Origin: Candidatus Thermosaccharophagus gerlachensis
GTDB lineage: Bacteria; Armatimonadota; Fervidibacteria; Fervidibacterales; Thermosaccharophagaceae
Direction: 5' to 3'
NCBI GenBank assembly: GCA_041538025.1
Contig: JBGOEV010000004.1
Span: 18,161-82,160, forward strand
DNA length: 64,000 nucleotides
The notes under the pieces are model-generated. The model worked only from the letters and a program-made list of their open reading frames with translations. It had not been told where the DNA came from and searched no databases. Numbering within the stretch: position 1 is the first letter of the stretch; every line of letters begins with the position of its first letter. Both the position numbers and the translations under genes were made by a program. Shown piece after piece: positions 47,264 to 56,171 of this stretch.

Positions 47264-47917
47264 TCAATTTGCACAGCTCTTAGCGAGCAACTCTTTTGCC
47301 TTATCTACAGCGCTTGCTGCATCTGGTGCATATCCATCAGCGCCAATCGAATCGGCATATTCTTGCGTCAACGGTGCCCCACCAACCATCACTATAACCT
47401 TGTCTCTTATGCCAGCAGCTTTAAGCGCTTCAATTGTATCTTTCATTGCTGGCATGGTTGTGGTGAGCAACGCTGACATGCCTACTATCTTTGCCTCGTG
47501 TTCCTTAACAGCCTCAACAAATTTCTCAGGGGGTGTATCAACTCCTAAATCAATAACTTTGAAGCCAGCACCTTCAAGCATCATTGCGACCAAATTCTTA
47601 CCTATATCATGCAGGTCGCCTCTCACTGTCCCTATCACAACCGTTGCTAAAGGCTTTATGTCAGGGCGCTCTGTGAGTATAGGGCGAAGAACCTCCATCG
47701 CAGCCTTCATTGCACGAGCTGCAACGAGCACCTCAGGGATGTAAAACTCGTTGTTTTTAAACTTCTCACCAACAACCTGCATCCCAGCTATTAAACCTTC
47801 GTTAAGTATCCTAGCTGGGTCAACACCTTCGTCTAACGCTTGTTTTGTAAGCTGGACCGCCTTGTCACGGTTACCATTGATCACAGCCTCGGCAAGTTCG
47901 CTCAAGTTCACCATCAC
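47264..47917 (-). CDS. Methyltransferase cognate corrinoid (B12-binding) protein
   Basis: Cap domain plus GDLHDIGKNLV (DxHxxG), SALLTTT, VMVGGAP, GADGY. Confidence 0.93.
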   Translation of the reverse strand: MMVNLSELAEAVINGNRDKAVQLTKQALDEGVDPARILNEGLIAGMQVVGEKFKNNEFYIPEVLVAARAMKAAMEVLRPILTERPDIKPLATVVIGTVRGDLHDIGKNLVAMMLEGAGFKVIDLGVDTPPEKFVEAVKEHEAKIVGMSALLTTTMPAMKDTIEALKAAGIRDKVIVMVGGAPLTQEYADSIGADGYAPDAASAVDKAKELLAKSCAN

Positions 47918-47974
47918 ATCTCACCCCTCAACAGTGTTTTTAGAACCGTATCAATGATACGATTATAGCGCGCA

Positions 47975-49132
47975 TCACAAGCCAAGCTGAGCGTTGAGTT
48001 CAGCTTGATATCCTTCTACCTCGCCATCTTCTACATCCTTTACCTTCACTGGTGAATTCAACCATGCTGATTCGTATACAGCCATGCAGACTGCTTGCGA
48101 TTTATATCCTTCAACACCGTCGGTTTCAATCGGCTTGCCATAAAGCACTCCCTCTATGAACTCGTATAGTTCAATCGCCACAGTATCTGTTATCCCCATA
48201 GGGAACAGCGCTTCGCGCTCCTCATCAGTTATGCTCTCCATGAACTCGTTCGTGAGTTCTTCAAGTGTCTTCCTTGTGTTACGTCCATACAACCCTTCTT
48301 GTAGATCAATACAACCTTCCTCGCCGTATATAATGCGCATAGTATAGCTCCTTCCGGGTGCTGCGCTCGTCAAAGTCCATTGTGCTGGTGTGCCATCTTG
48401 GAATTTAAGCAAAGCCATCGTTGTGTCTTCAACTGTTATCTCAACTGCCCCTTCTTTCGTTTCTGGCTTTCTGTATCGCACAGGCATCAACCTCATGCTG
48501 AATGCAAAGACTTCGTCCACTTCCCCAATGTAGTAACGCATCATGTCCGCATAGTGGACGCCTCCATCAAGCGTCCAGCCACCACCTGCTATCTCTTTGT
48601 GCTCACGCCAGTCCCAATACCAAAGCCTTTCAAATGTATCAACCCAAAAGAGCATGCGTGGCTTCCCGATGAAGCCCATTTTCAAAGCCCACTTGATGGC
48701 TCTCTGTGATGGTGCCTTCTTGTAGTTCTCGGCTACTTGCAAAACTTTCCCATGAGCCTTCGCAGCTTCAATCATCTTCCTGCCAGCACGTAGCGTTATA
48801 GCGAGTGGCTTTTCAATAGTGACATGCAAGCCAGACTCAAAACATGCTATAGCGAGTGCATGGTGATCTCTATGTGGTGTGCATATGTCAGCAGCTGAGA
48901 GCCCCTTCTCAGCCGAAAGCATCTCCTCAAAATCCTTATAGGCTTTGGGACGCTTACCTTGAAACTCAGCCACCTTATCAGCCATCGCTTCTGCTCGCTC
49001 AAGCTTTATATCACATGTGGCAGCAATATGGAATTTCCTATATCCAGATTGCCAAAGCATTTGGTAGCCTCTGCGATGTGCATCAGCCATGCCACCGCAC
49101 CCAACAATGGCAATGGCAAGTTCTTCTGGCAT
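47975..49132 (-). CDS. Gfo/Idh/MocA oxidoreductase
   Basis: IVGCGGMA, EKPLA, GGWTLDGGVHYAD. Confidence 0.9.
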   Translation of the reverse strand: MPEELAIAIVGCGGMADAHRRGYQMLWQSGYRKFHIAATCDIKLERAEAMADKVAEFQGKRPKAYKDFEEMLSAEKGLSAADICTPHRDHHALAIACFESGLHVTIEKPLAITLRAGRKMIEAAKAHGKVLQVAENYKKAPSQRAIKWALKMGFIGKPRMLFWVDTFERLWYWDWREHKEIAGGGWTLDGGVHYADMMRYYIGEVDEVFAFSMRLMPVRYRKPETKEGAVEITVEDTTMALLKFQDGTPAQWTLTSAAPGRSYTMRIIYGEEGCIDLQEGLYGRNTRKTLEELTNEFMESITDEEREALFPMGITDTVAIELYEFIEGVLYGKPIETDGVEGYKSQAVCMAVYESAWLNSPVKVKDVEDGEVEGYQAELNAQLGL

Positions 49133-49239
49133 CGCTTTTCATCCTCCAAAGGGTTAAAATTCACTTCAACGGCTTGCTGACCAGAAGCTGCAACAGGATA
49201 GCCACAAAGCGCTTCCCGGGTTAGTAGCTCGTTTGGAGC

Positions 49240-50241
49240 CTATTCGTTGGGGAATATGAGGGTCTTCATGCCTACTCCTTGACGCTTGTATTCTAAAGCT
49301 CTTTCAAGTTCTTCAAGAGGCATGCGATGGGTTATCAACGGTTCTATCTCAATCAATCCACGCATCAGTAGGTTTAATGCGGTTTCAAAATCGTATCCCA
49401 AGCTGAATGCCCCTGTGATGGTTAGCTCACGCCTGTAAACTTCAAACGGACTCAATCGGATGTATGCGTCCCTTGGTGCAACACCGAATATGAGTATCCT
49501 GCCACCGTCCTTTGTGAATGTCGGCATCTCCTCAATGACATTTGCAGAACCAGTTGCATCTATTACCACTTCATAAGAGTTTGTATGGATTGCCTTGTCA
49601 GCTTCAATTTCTGAGCTTAACAAGGCTGTCAAACCGAGCGTGCTCGCAGTTTTGAGTCTCTCTTCAACTAAGTCCACAACCACAACTTCAGCTGCACCAC
49701 GAAGCTTGCATAGCTGTGCGAGGAGGAGCCCAATTGGTCCAGAACCAAAAATGAGAACGCGCTCGCCAAAGCCCACATCTACTGCTTTTATACCGTTTAC
49801 GCAACATGCCAAAGGTTCAACGAACGCCCCCGCTTCAAACGACATATCGCCGATTGAAAAAACATTTTCGGAACGCACAACACAATACTGTGCAAATCCA
49901 CCATCAATATGCACACCATACGCAAGCATGCTTTCACAAAGGTTTGGACGACCTCGCTTACACATTTCACATATCCCGCATGAAACATTTGGTTGGATGG
50001 CAACCCTCTCACCAACAGAGATATGGCTAACTCCTTCACCTACCTCCACCACAACCCCGCAAAACTCGTGTCCCATTACGATTGGGTAGCTCGCTATGAA
50101 CTCGCCCTCATATATATGCAGGTCAGTTCCGCAAACACCACAAGCCATTACCTTGACGATTACATCACCCTCATCCGCTTTTGGCTGTTCAACATCAGTG
50201 ATAATGAGTTCCCTTGGCGCTTTAACTACTGCTGCTTTCAT
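49240..50241 (-). CDS. Zinc-dependent alcohol/polyol dehydrogenase
   Basis: CGVCGTD, GHEFCG, CGICEMC..C, GSGPIG. Confidence 0.92.
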   Translation of the reverse strand: MKAAVVKAPRELIITDVEQPKADEGDVIVKVMACGVCGTDLHIYEGEFIASYPIVMGHEFCGVVVEVGEGVSHISVGERVAIQPNVSCGICEMCKRGRPNLCESMLAYGVHIDGGFAQYCVVRSENVFSIGDMSFEAGAFVEPLACCVNGIKAVDVGFGERVLIFGSGPIGLLLAQLCKLRGAAEVVVVDLVEERLKTASTLGLTALLSSEIEADKAIHTNSYEVVIDATGSANVIEEMPTFTKDGGRILIFGVAPRDAYIRLSPFEVYRRELTITGAFSLGYDFETALNLLMRGLIEIEPLITHRMPLEELERALEYKRQGVGMKTLIFPNE

Positions 50242-50288
50242 TCCATGTCACCTTTACGCCGATGTATTTGTAGGTTGCCGAAACGCAC

Positions 50289-53084
50289 TTACTTTGGCGT
50301 CAGCGTGATACAGTCAATGCCCATGAAGTAGTTGGTTGATTTCTCATTTTTCCCGATGGTCCTAAACTCTATTGTGTGTTTCCCTTCGGACAGCTCAATG
50401 ATGCCAAAGTTCACTTTGCCCGAAGGCTCAACTGTTGGGCTATATCCATCAAATGGCTTCCCAACAACTTTACCATCTACAAGCACTTCAACGATGCCAT
50501 AATCTGGTGCTTTGGTAAAGTAAATATCCAGCTCATAGTTTCGTCTCTCACCGACTTCAAACTCAAGCACAACACGCAAGTTGAGCTCCCCAGGGCAAAA
50601 GAGTTGGTTTTCGTTGCTCCACCTCTCGGCTCCCCATGGCGACATATTCTGTATCACAGGGCGACAACGCTCAAACTTCAATATCTTGAGTTGCTCAGCT
50701 TCAATTGCACCCTCAACAAGAACCCTCACGAGGCGTATGTAATCAATACCAACTTCAAAGCCACCAGAGCGCTCGTCCTTTCCAACAATCTCGCACCGTA
50801 GCAAATTCGCTTCTCCTCCAGTTAGCTCAACACTTCCAAGTTGAATTTCGTTCCCGAGCCTTTCGGTATCAGCGTAGCAGTTTATTGGTTCTCCGAGCGC
50901 TTTACCCGAAACGCTGAAGCGGACGATGCCCCCTTTAGGGCTGTTTGTCATTCTGGCGTTCAAGATGAATTTGCCCTTCAATTCTTTCGGCAATTGCAAT
51001 TCAACCCATCTGTTTGCCCCATCCGAAGCGATATGTAGTTGTGCCCATCCGCTCCATTCCATGCGCCCATCTTCAATGTTCACTTTAACGCCATCGGATG
51101 ATTTAACTGGTAATCCTTCAGCCTCAATTGCTCTCCTTACCTTTGGGCTCTGGCGCAGCTCAAGTGCATCAAGGAGCAAATGCTTCTCTTTCACTTCAAG
51201 CTCTTGCACCACGATTTGCAGTCTTGAGATAGGTGGGCGCATCCTAACTCTGCCGAGCCTCAACATCGGAGAGTCAGCAAATGGCTTTTGGAACTCGCCG
51301 ACTGCTTTACCATCAACAAGCACTTTAAATGCGGGTTGCTCAAGCCCCATAGCAGAGTGCAGGATAAGCTCATACACATCCTCTTGCTTTATCGGTATCA
51401 AGAGCGCAAACTCGTTTGTTTCCTTTGATGGAGCGAACAAGATAGCTCTATCACCCGATAGCTCCACTCGCGTCTCTTCCCCGCTCACTATCTTGATGCC
51501 TTCCTTAGCTTCCACTTTCACATCCTCAAGCTCAACTGCACCTATTATGCGCTTCGGTATCGGCAGGCGTTGAGAAACTTCAACAGGCTTGAAAAAATCG
51601 CTATGTGGTTCAACCTGATACCAATATGCAACGCTCGTGTAATCCTTGTCTGTGTCGTAATTCTCAATTGTGAAGCGGATTGATTTGTAAAACGGTATAG
51701 CATCAGCGATATGCCATCTATAGACGCTTGTCTTACCAGCGTGGTCTGGGCGCTCACGTAGTATGCAGCCATGTAGTGGATGGATGAATGGTCTAAAGCC
51801 CCACGCATCACCAAAGTAATCTTCGCTACCTGTTCCAAATATTGATGGGAAGGCTTCACCATCAATCCATACCTTCTCGTCGCCTTCACCCCACCAACCG
51901 GGTTCTGGGTTATCAATGCTGAGCGACGTGCCAACATATTTTCCAACACCCTTAGCCTCCAAGAAGGGGTAATCAAAGGTCTTGCATGGTGCTTCACGGC
52001 GCCACTTGGCATGGAAGTAGCCTATCATTTCTGGTAGTTGCACATCTCGCTCGCATTCAATGGAGAACTCCACTACCACTTCGGCTTTCCCTTCGTTGAG
52101 CAGTTCAATTCGTGCTCCCTTCTTGAACGGCATCGGAAAATAGCAATATGCTCCTTCACCTGTCACGCCCATAGGAAGCGATGTATATTCCCTAAAGCCA
52201 AAACCACACCCAAAGAAATCACCAATCGGACACCATATGCTTGGTTCTTTTTCATCGTCCCAAAATGCCATAATGACCAGCTTGCGATAAACCAACATTT
52301 CGTTTGATTCAACCTTAAAGCGCAGCGAACGGATTATGCCAGGTCCAGCAAGTTGCGCTATAGCGTGGCGCTGTGATGGAGCAAGCTTAAGCTTACCTGT
52401 GATTCGTTCAACCTTCACATCCTGTGGATGCGGGTTCTCACCAGAGCGCTTTAGGACTTCAATCACCCTTTTGAGAGCTTCCATCTCTTCTTCTGTGAGG
52501 GGCAGCCTGAATGTTTCAATTTGCCAGTCCTTTGGAAATGTCACGTAAGTGATGTGATAATATTGCCCGTGCGGTTTATCTGCGGTCACTTTACATCGCT
52601 TTGCGAACGGTATAGGAAGATAGCAATTTGCACCCCTGCCATGATAGCCACAGAGTGGCGAGAGGAATGGCTCAAAGTCACCTTTGAAAAGCTGTTGGAA
52701 CTCAAACTCAAGTGGCTTCTCAGCATCATCAAGGTAAAAGCGTATTTTGCCCTGTGGGTTTGCAGACCATATCCTAACGATGCATCCACTCCCTTCAATT
52801 TCTGCCATCACAGCTTCACCGTTCTCTTCAATCCGCAGGTAATTCCCCCAGTCCTTGTTAGCACCCCAGTTTGGTTCGTCTGGCGATTTGCTTGCCCTGT
52901 CATAGCTTGAAAATTGAGCGCACTTGACACCCTCCTCAATCAACGGCAGATTCCTTAAGTCCACGATGCGCCAGAGCATATCAACAAACGATATCTTCCG
53001 CTTAACCTGTTGAGCATGGAGTGGAAATGCGAGAAGGTTAATCAACACGAAGGCAGATAGAAACAACCACCTCACCTTGTTCAT
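50289..53084 (-). CDS. Secreted DUF2961/GH172 glycoside hydrolase with three C-terminal CBM-like repeats
   Basis: Signal peptide, SSYDR, PIGDFFG, YFPMPF, WWGEGDE, GTGSEDYF, YRWHIADAI, SVAYWYQ. Confidence 0.85.
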   Translation of the reverse strand: MNKVRWLFLSAFVLINLLAFPLHAQQVKRKISFVDMLWRIVDLRNLPLIEEGVKCAQFSSYDRASKSPDEPNWGANKDWGNYLRIEENGEAVMAEIEGSGCIVRIWSANPQGKIRFYLDDAEKPLEFEFQQLFKGDFEPFLSPLCGYHGRGANCYLPIPFAKRCKVTADKPHGQYYHITYVTFPKDWQIETFRLPLTEEEMEALKRVIEVLKRSGENPHPQDVKVERITGKLKLAPSQRHAIAQLAGPGIIRSLRFKVESNEMLVYRKLVIMAFWDDEKEPSIWCPIGDFFGCGFGFREYTSLPMGVTGEGAYCYFPMPFKKGARIELLNEGKAEVVVEFSIECERDVQLPEMIGYFHAKWRREAPCKTFDYPFLEAKGVGKYVGTSLSIDNPEPGWWGEGDEKVWIDGEAFPSIFGTGSEDYFGDAWGFRPFIHPLHGCILRERPDHAGKTSVYRWHIADAIPFYKSIRFTIENYDTDKDYTSVAYWYQVEPHSDFFKPVEVSQRLPIPKRIIGAVELEDVKVEAKEGIKIVSGEETRVELSGDRAILFAPSKETNEFALLIPIKQEDVYELILHSAMGLEQPAFKVLVDGKAVGEFQKPFADSPMLRLGRVRMRPPISRLQIVVQELEVKEKHLLLDALELRQSPKVRRAIEAEGLPVKSSDGVKVNIEDGRMEWSGWAQLHIASDGANRWVELQLPKELKGKFILNARMTNSPKGGIVRFSVSGKALGEPINCYADTERLGNEIQLGSVELTGGEANLLRCEIVGKDERSGGFEVGIDYIRLVRVLVEGAIEAEQLKILKFERCRPVIQNMSPWGAERWSNENQLFCPGELNLRVVLEFEVGERRNYELDIYFTKAPDYGIVEVLVDGKVVGKPFDGYSPTVEPSGKVNFGIIELSEGKHTIEFRTIGKNEKSTNYFMGIDCITLTPK

Positions 53085-53135
53085 TTCACACTCACCTTTC
53101 TCACAAAGGAGTTGAACATCGCATGTTAACCGCTT

Positions 53136-54140
53136 TCAAACGAGGCTAACTGGCTTGCCAGTCTCCATTGATTTGTTTGCTGCGAGTGTTACTTCAGCCG
53201 TTTTCACGCCATCGGCATATGGTGACTTTATTAGGGAAGCATCGCCCGTTAGGAGGGCTTCAATAAACGCCCTATCCTCAATTTCAAAGATGTTGGGTTC
53301 TCCAGCTACCTCAATTATGTCTTCCCCGACGCGCATTATGCGGGCTCTATGTTCCCAGCCTGTAAACAGCGCCGTCATCTTAGTCGCGTAAACACTGAGG
53401 CTGACGCCACCGCCACCTGCATTCGCAGCACAGCAAGCCCACAGGTTAGCCACTGCCCCATTTTCAAACCTCAAGTTTACAACGCTTGCATCCTCAATTG
53501 TGTAGTTAGGTGGCACATCTTTGTTTAGCCCCTTCGCTGCGAAGGCATGCACCTCAACAACTTCACCAAACAAAAAGCGTGCCAAGTCAACTGTATGTGT
53601 CACCTGCTCATGAAACTGACCGCCACTCTTATCCTTTTCAACCCACCAGCGCCAAATCCCTGCTGTCGGACGAGGTGTCCCACCAATCCATCCCCCAAGC
53701 AACAGTATCGGCACATCGTCCTTAAGCAACTCACGCACCATGCCAACACCACGCCTGTATCTGTTCATGTAACCGACACTCGTCATGAGACCTTTCTCCT
53801 CAACTGCAGAGGCTATCTCCCTTATAAGTCCGATGTCAAGCCCAACTGGCTTCTCAACAAAGAACGGTATTCCAGCTTCAACAAGCTTTAGCTCAATCCC
53901 GTGTGCGTAAGGTGGTAGCCCAATCCAAACGGCATCAAGCTCAACTTCCTTTATCATCACCTCTGCATTGTCAAAGGCTTTCCCGCCATGTTGCTTTACT
54001 GCAGCGGATGCTCGCTCAATATCTATGTCGCAGAATGCAACAAGCTCAACCTCAGGTATGGTTTTCAAAGCGTTCATATGCTGTTGCGCGATACCACCAC
54101 ACCCTACAAATCCAACTCGCACCTTTCTCTCTCCCATCAC
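53136..54140 (-). CDS. Gfo/Idh/MocA oxidoreductase
   Basis: VGCGGIA, VEKPV, SGGQFHEQVTHTVD. Confidence 0.9.
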   Translation of the reverse strand: MMGERKVRVGFVGCGGIAQQHMNALKTIPEVELVAFCDIDIERASAAVKQHGGKAFDNAEVMIKEVELDAVWIGLPPYAHGIELKLVEAGIPFFVEKPVGLDIGLIREIASAVEEKGLMTSVGYMNRYRRGVGMVRELLKDDVPILLLGGWIGGTPRPTAGIWRWWVEKDKSGGQFHEQVTHTVDLARFLFGEVVEVHAFAAKGLNKDVPPNYTIEDASVVNLRFENGAVANLWACCAANAGGGGVSLSVYATKMTALFTGWEHRARIMRVGEDIIEVAGEPNIFEIEDRAFIEALLTGDASLIKSPYADGVKTAEVTLAANKSMETGKPVSLV

Positions 54141-54359
54141 ATCACACCTCCATGAGAGGTTCTTGAATCATCTCATAGCGATATTTTGCTTGTCTAAAGC
54201 CACATTGTAACACCATGCCATCCTGTGTAAATGCATACTGCCATGAATTTACAACTTGGCAGTGTTGTGAGCATTCTGATTGTAAGGATGGCTCTTTAGC
54301 CTGCCTGAGGCTTCATTCTCATGCCTGCCGAACCAACCTTTAGGTGAGAGGGTGCAAGG

Positions 54360-56165
54360 ATGATTCAAACCGTTGTGTGGGCTGGTGAGTCTCGCTGGGT
54401 CAAGCGCTTTGCGATTATCTTTTTGAGCCTGACATGGCTACCATACTTTATCGCATTTCTTCTAACACCACCACACATGAGTTATATGTGGCTGTTGGGA
54501 AACCCCGATGACCAAAATGTGCACCTAATGTGGGCGAGGCAGGCTGCTGATTGTGCATTCGGTTTCAAAGACCTTTACACAACTGAGAAGCACCAAGGGA
54601 TGTTCTTTCATTTGCCTGCCTTCTTCATCGGCAAATTGCATGCTGTAACGAAACTCCCGTTACATATGCTCTATCAGGTGATGCGCACCATCGCTGTCTA
54701 TGTGCTTCTTATCTACGCTTATAAGCTCGCATCATTCAGCTTTGAGCAAGTTGAGATAAGACGGGCATTTATCCTCTTCCTATGTTTCTCCTCTGGCTTT
54801 GGATGGCTCTCATGGGTTTGCAGAAACTGGCTTGGCTTAAATGCTCCACAGCTCGTTGATTTCAGTGAAGGTCTTGTTATGCCAGAAGCTATCACATTTC
54901 TTGCTGTGCTTGTTGCACCTCTCACTGCGCTTGGAATTGCCATGCAGGTGTTCGTTATAACTTCGCTCACCTCATATGCTTTTGAGAAAAAGCTGTCCCA
55001 GCTTATATTGGCTGGGTTGGTCTCGTTCCTGCTGGGCAACGCACATACTTACGCAGCTATAACAATGCTCATCTTTCTTCTTCTTTGGTGCCCCACGCAT
55101 TTGATATGGTCAATAGCACTTTGCGGAATTTGGAAAGCACATAACATAGGGCGTGAGGGTGAAAGTTTTCAAAAGCATCTAACTTGCATCCCCTTCGTTG
55201 TATCCATTATTGTCGTCGTCATATGCGCCTTAATTGGCATGCTCCCACAATTGTTTGCCTTTATGGGTGACATAGCGTTTAGGGAGAAAGCGCTCACTCC
55301 AACGCTCACACCACCGTTGAGTATACTTACTGCAAGTTATGGGTTTCTTGTGCCTTTGTCTCTCATCGGTTTAGTCTTTGGGGTGATGAACAAGTGGCGC
55401 ATGCTACCCATGGTGATTGCTTGGCTGTTCGGAACGCTCATTGCGATCTACTTGCCCGTGAGCTTCCAAAGGAAGTTGATTGAAGGCTTCCATATACCTT
55501 TATGCTTGCTTTCTGCTTACGCTGTATCGGGAATTTGCTCAGCCATCGCGAGGGCGCTGACACGGAGAAAAAATGGGCTCACCTATGACCCAAGTAAAGT
55601 CATTTATGTTGGTGCGACAACTTTAACACTGCTCATGTTTCCATCCAACGGCGCATATATCTTGTTGAACATGCACTGGCTTTTAAAAAACAACATCCTT
55701 GCAGAACGCCTTCTACAGCCACCTTATTACCTTACGCATGACCAACTCCGCTTGATGAATTGGCTCAGGGAGAACACAAACCCACATGACTCCGTTTTAT
55801 GCAGCCCGATGCTTGGCAATTACATACCACCGCTAACTGGTAGGGCTGTCTTCATTGGGCATTGGGCTGAGACATTGCACTTCATTAAAAAGCTTCGCAT
55901 CGTTATGAGCTGTTATAGATGGGAGTGGAAGAAAGAGCAGTTGGCTCTTTGGCTGAGCTTGGTAGGGGAGCATAATGTGCGGTTTGTTGTGGTGACGGAT
56001 TTTGAGCGTGGCATCGCTGGTGGCGATGTTTCACTGCCCCCATTTTGCAAGCTTGTGATCAAGTTTGGTAATGATGCTATCTATAATGTTGATGTTGCGT
56101 CGCTTGCTTCAATCTCTATCAAGCTTGAGCAGTCACAGAAAGTTGGGCATGGAAGGACAAAGTGA
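54360..56165 (+). CDS. Polytopic membrane protein, probable GT-C glycosyltransferase
   Basis: About 12 TM helices. First external loop GNPDDQNVH, HTY motif, C-terminal IPPLTGRAVFIGHW soluble domain. Confidence 0.6.
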   Translation: MIQTVVWAGESRWVKRFAIIFLSLTWLPYFIAFLLTPPHMSYMWLLGNPDDQNVHLMWARQAADCAFGFKDLYTTEKHQGMFFHLPAFFIGKLHAVTKLPLHMLYQVMRTIAVYVLLIYAYKLASFSFEQVEIRRAFILFLCFSSGFGWLSWVCRNWLGLNAPQLVDFSEGLVMPEAITFLAVLVAPLTALGIAMQVFVITSLTSYAFEKKLSQLILAGLVSFLLGNAHTYAAITMLIFLLLWCPTHLIWSIALCGIWKAHNIGREGESFQKHLTCIPFVVSIIVVVICALIGMLPQLFAFMGDIAFREKALTPTLTPPLSILTASYGFLVPLSLIGLVFGVMNKWRMLPMVIAWLFGTLIAIYLPVSFQRKLIEGFHIPLCLLSAYAVSGICSAIARALTRRKNGLTYDPSKVIYVGATTLTLLMFPSNGAYILLNMHWLLKNNILAERLLQPPYYLTHDQLRLMNWLRENTNPHDSVLCSPMLGNYIPPLTGRAVFIGHWAETLHFIKKLRIVMSCYRWEWKKEQLALWLSLVGEHNVRFVVVTDFERGIAGGDVSLPPFCKLVIKFGNDAIYNVDVASLASISIKLEQSQKVGHGRTK

Positions 56166-56171
56166 TGGACT

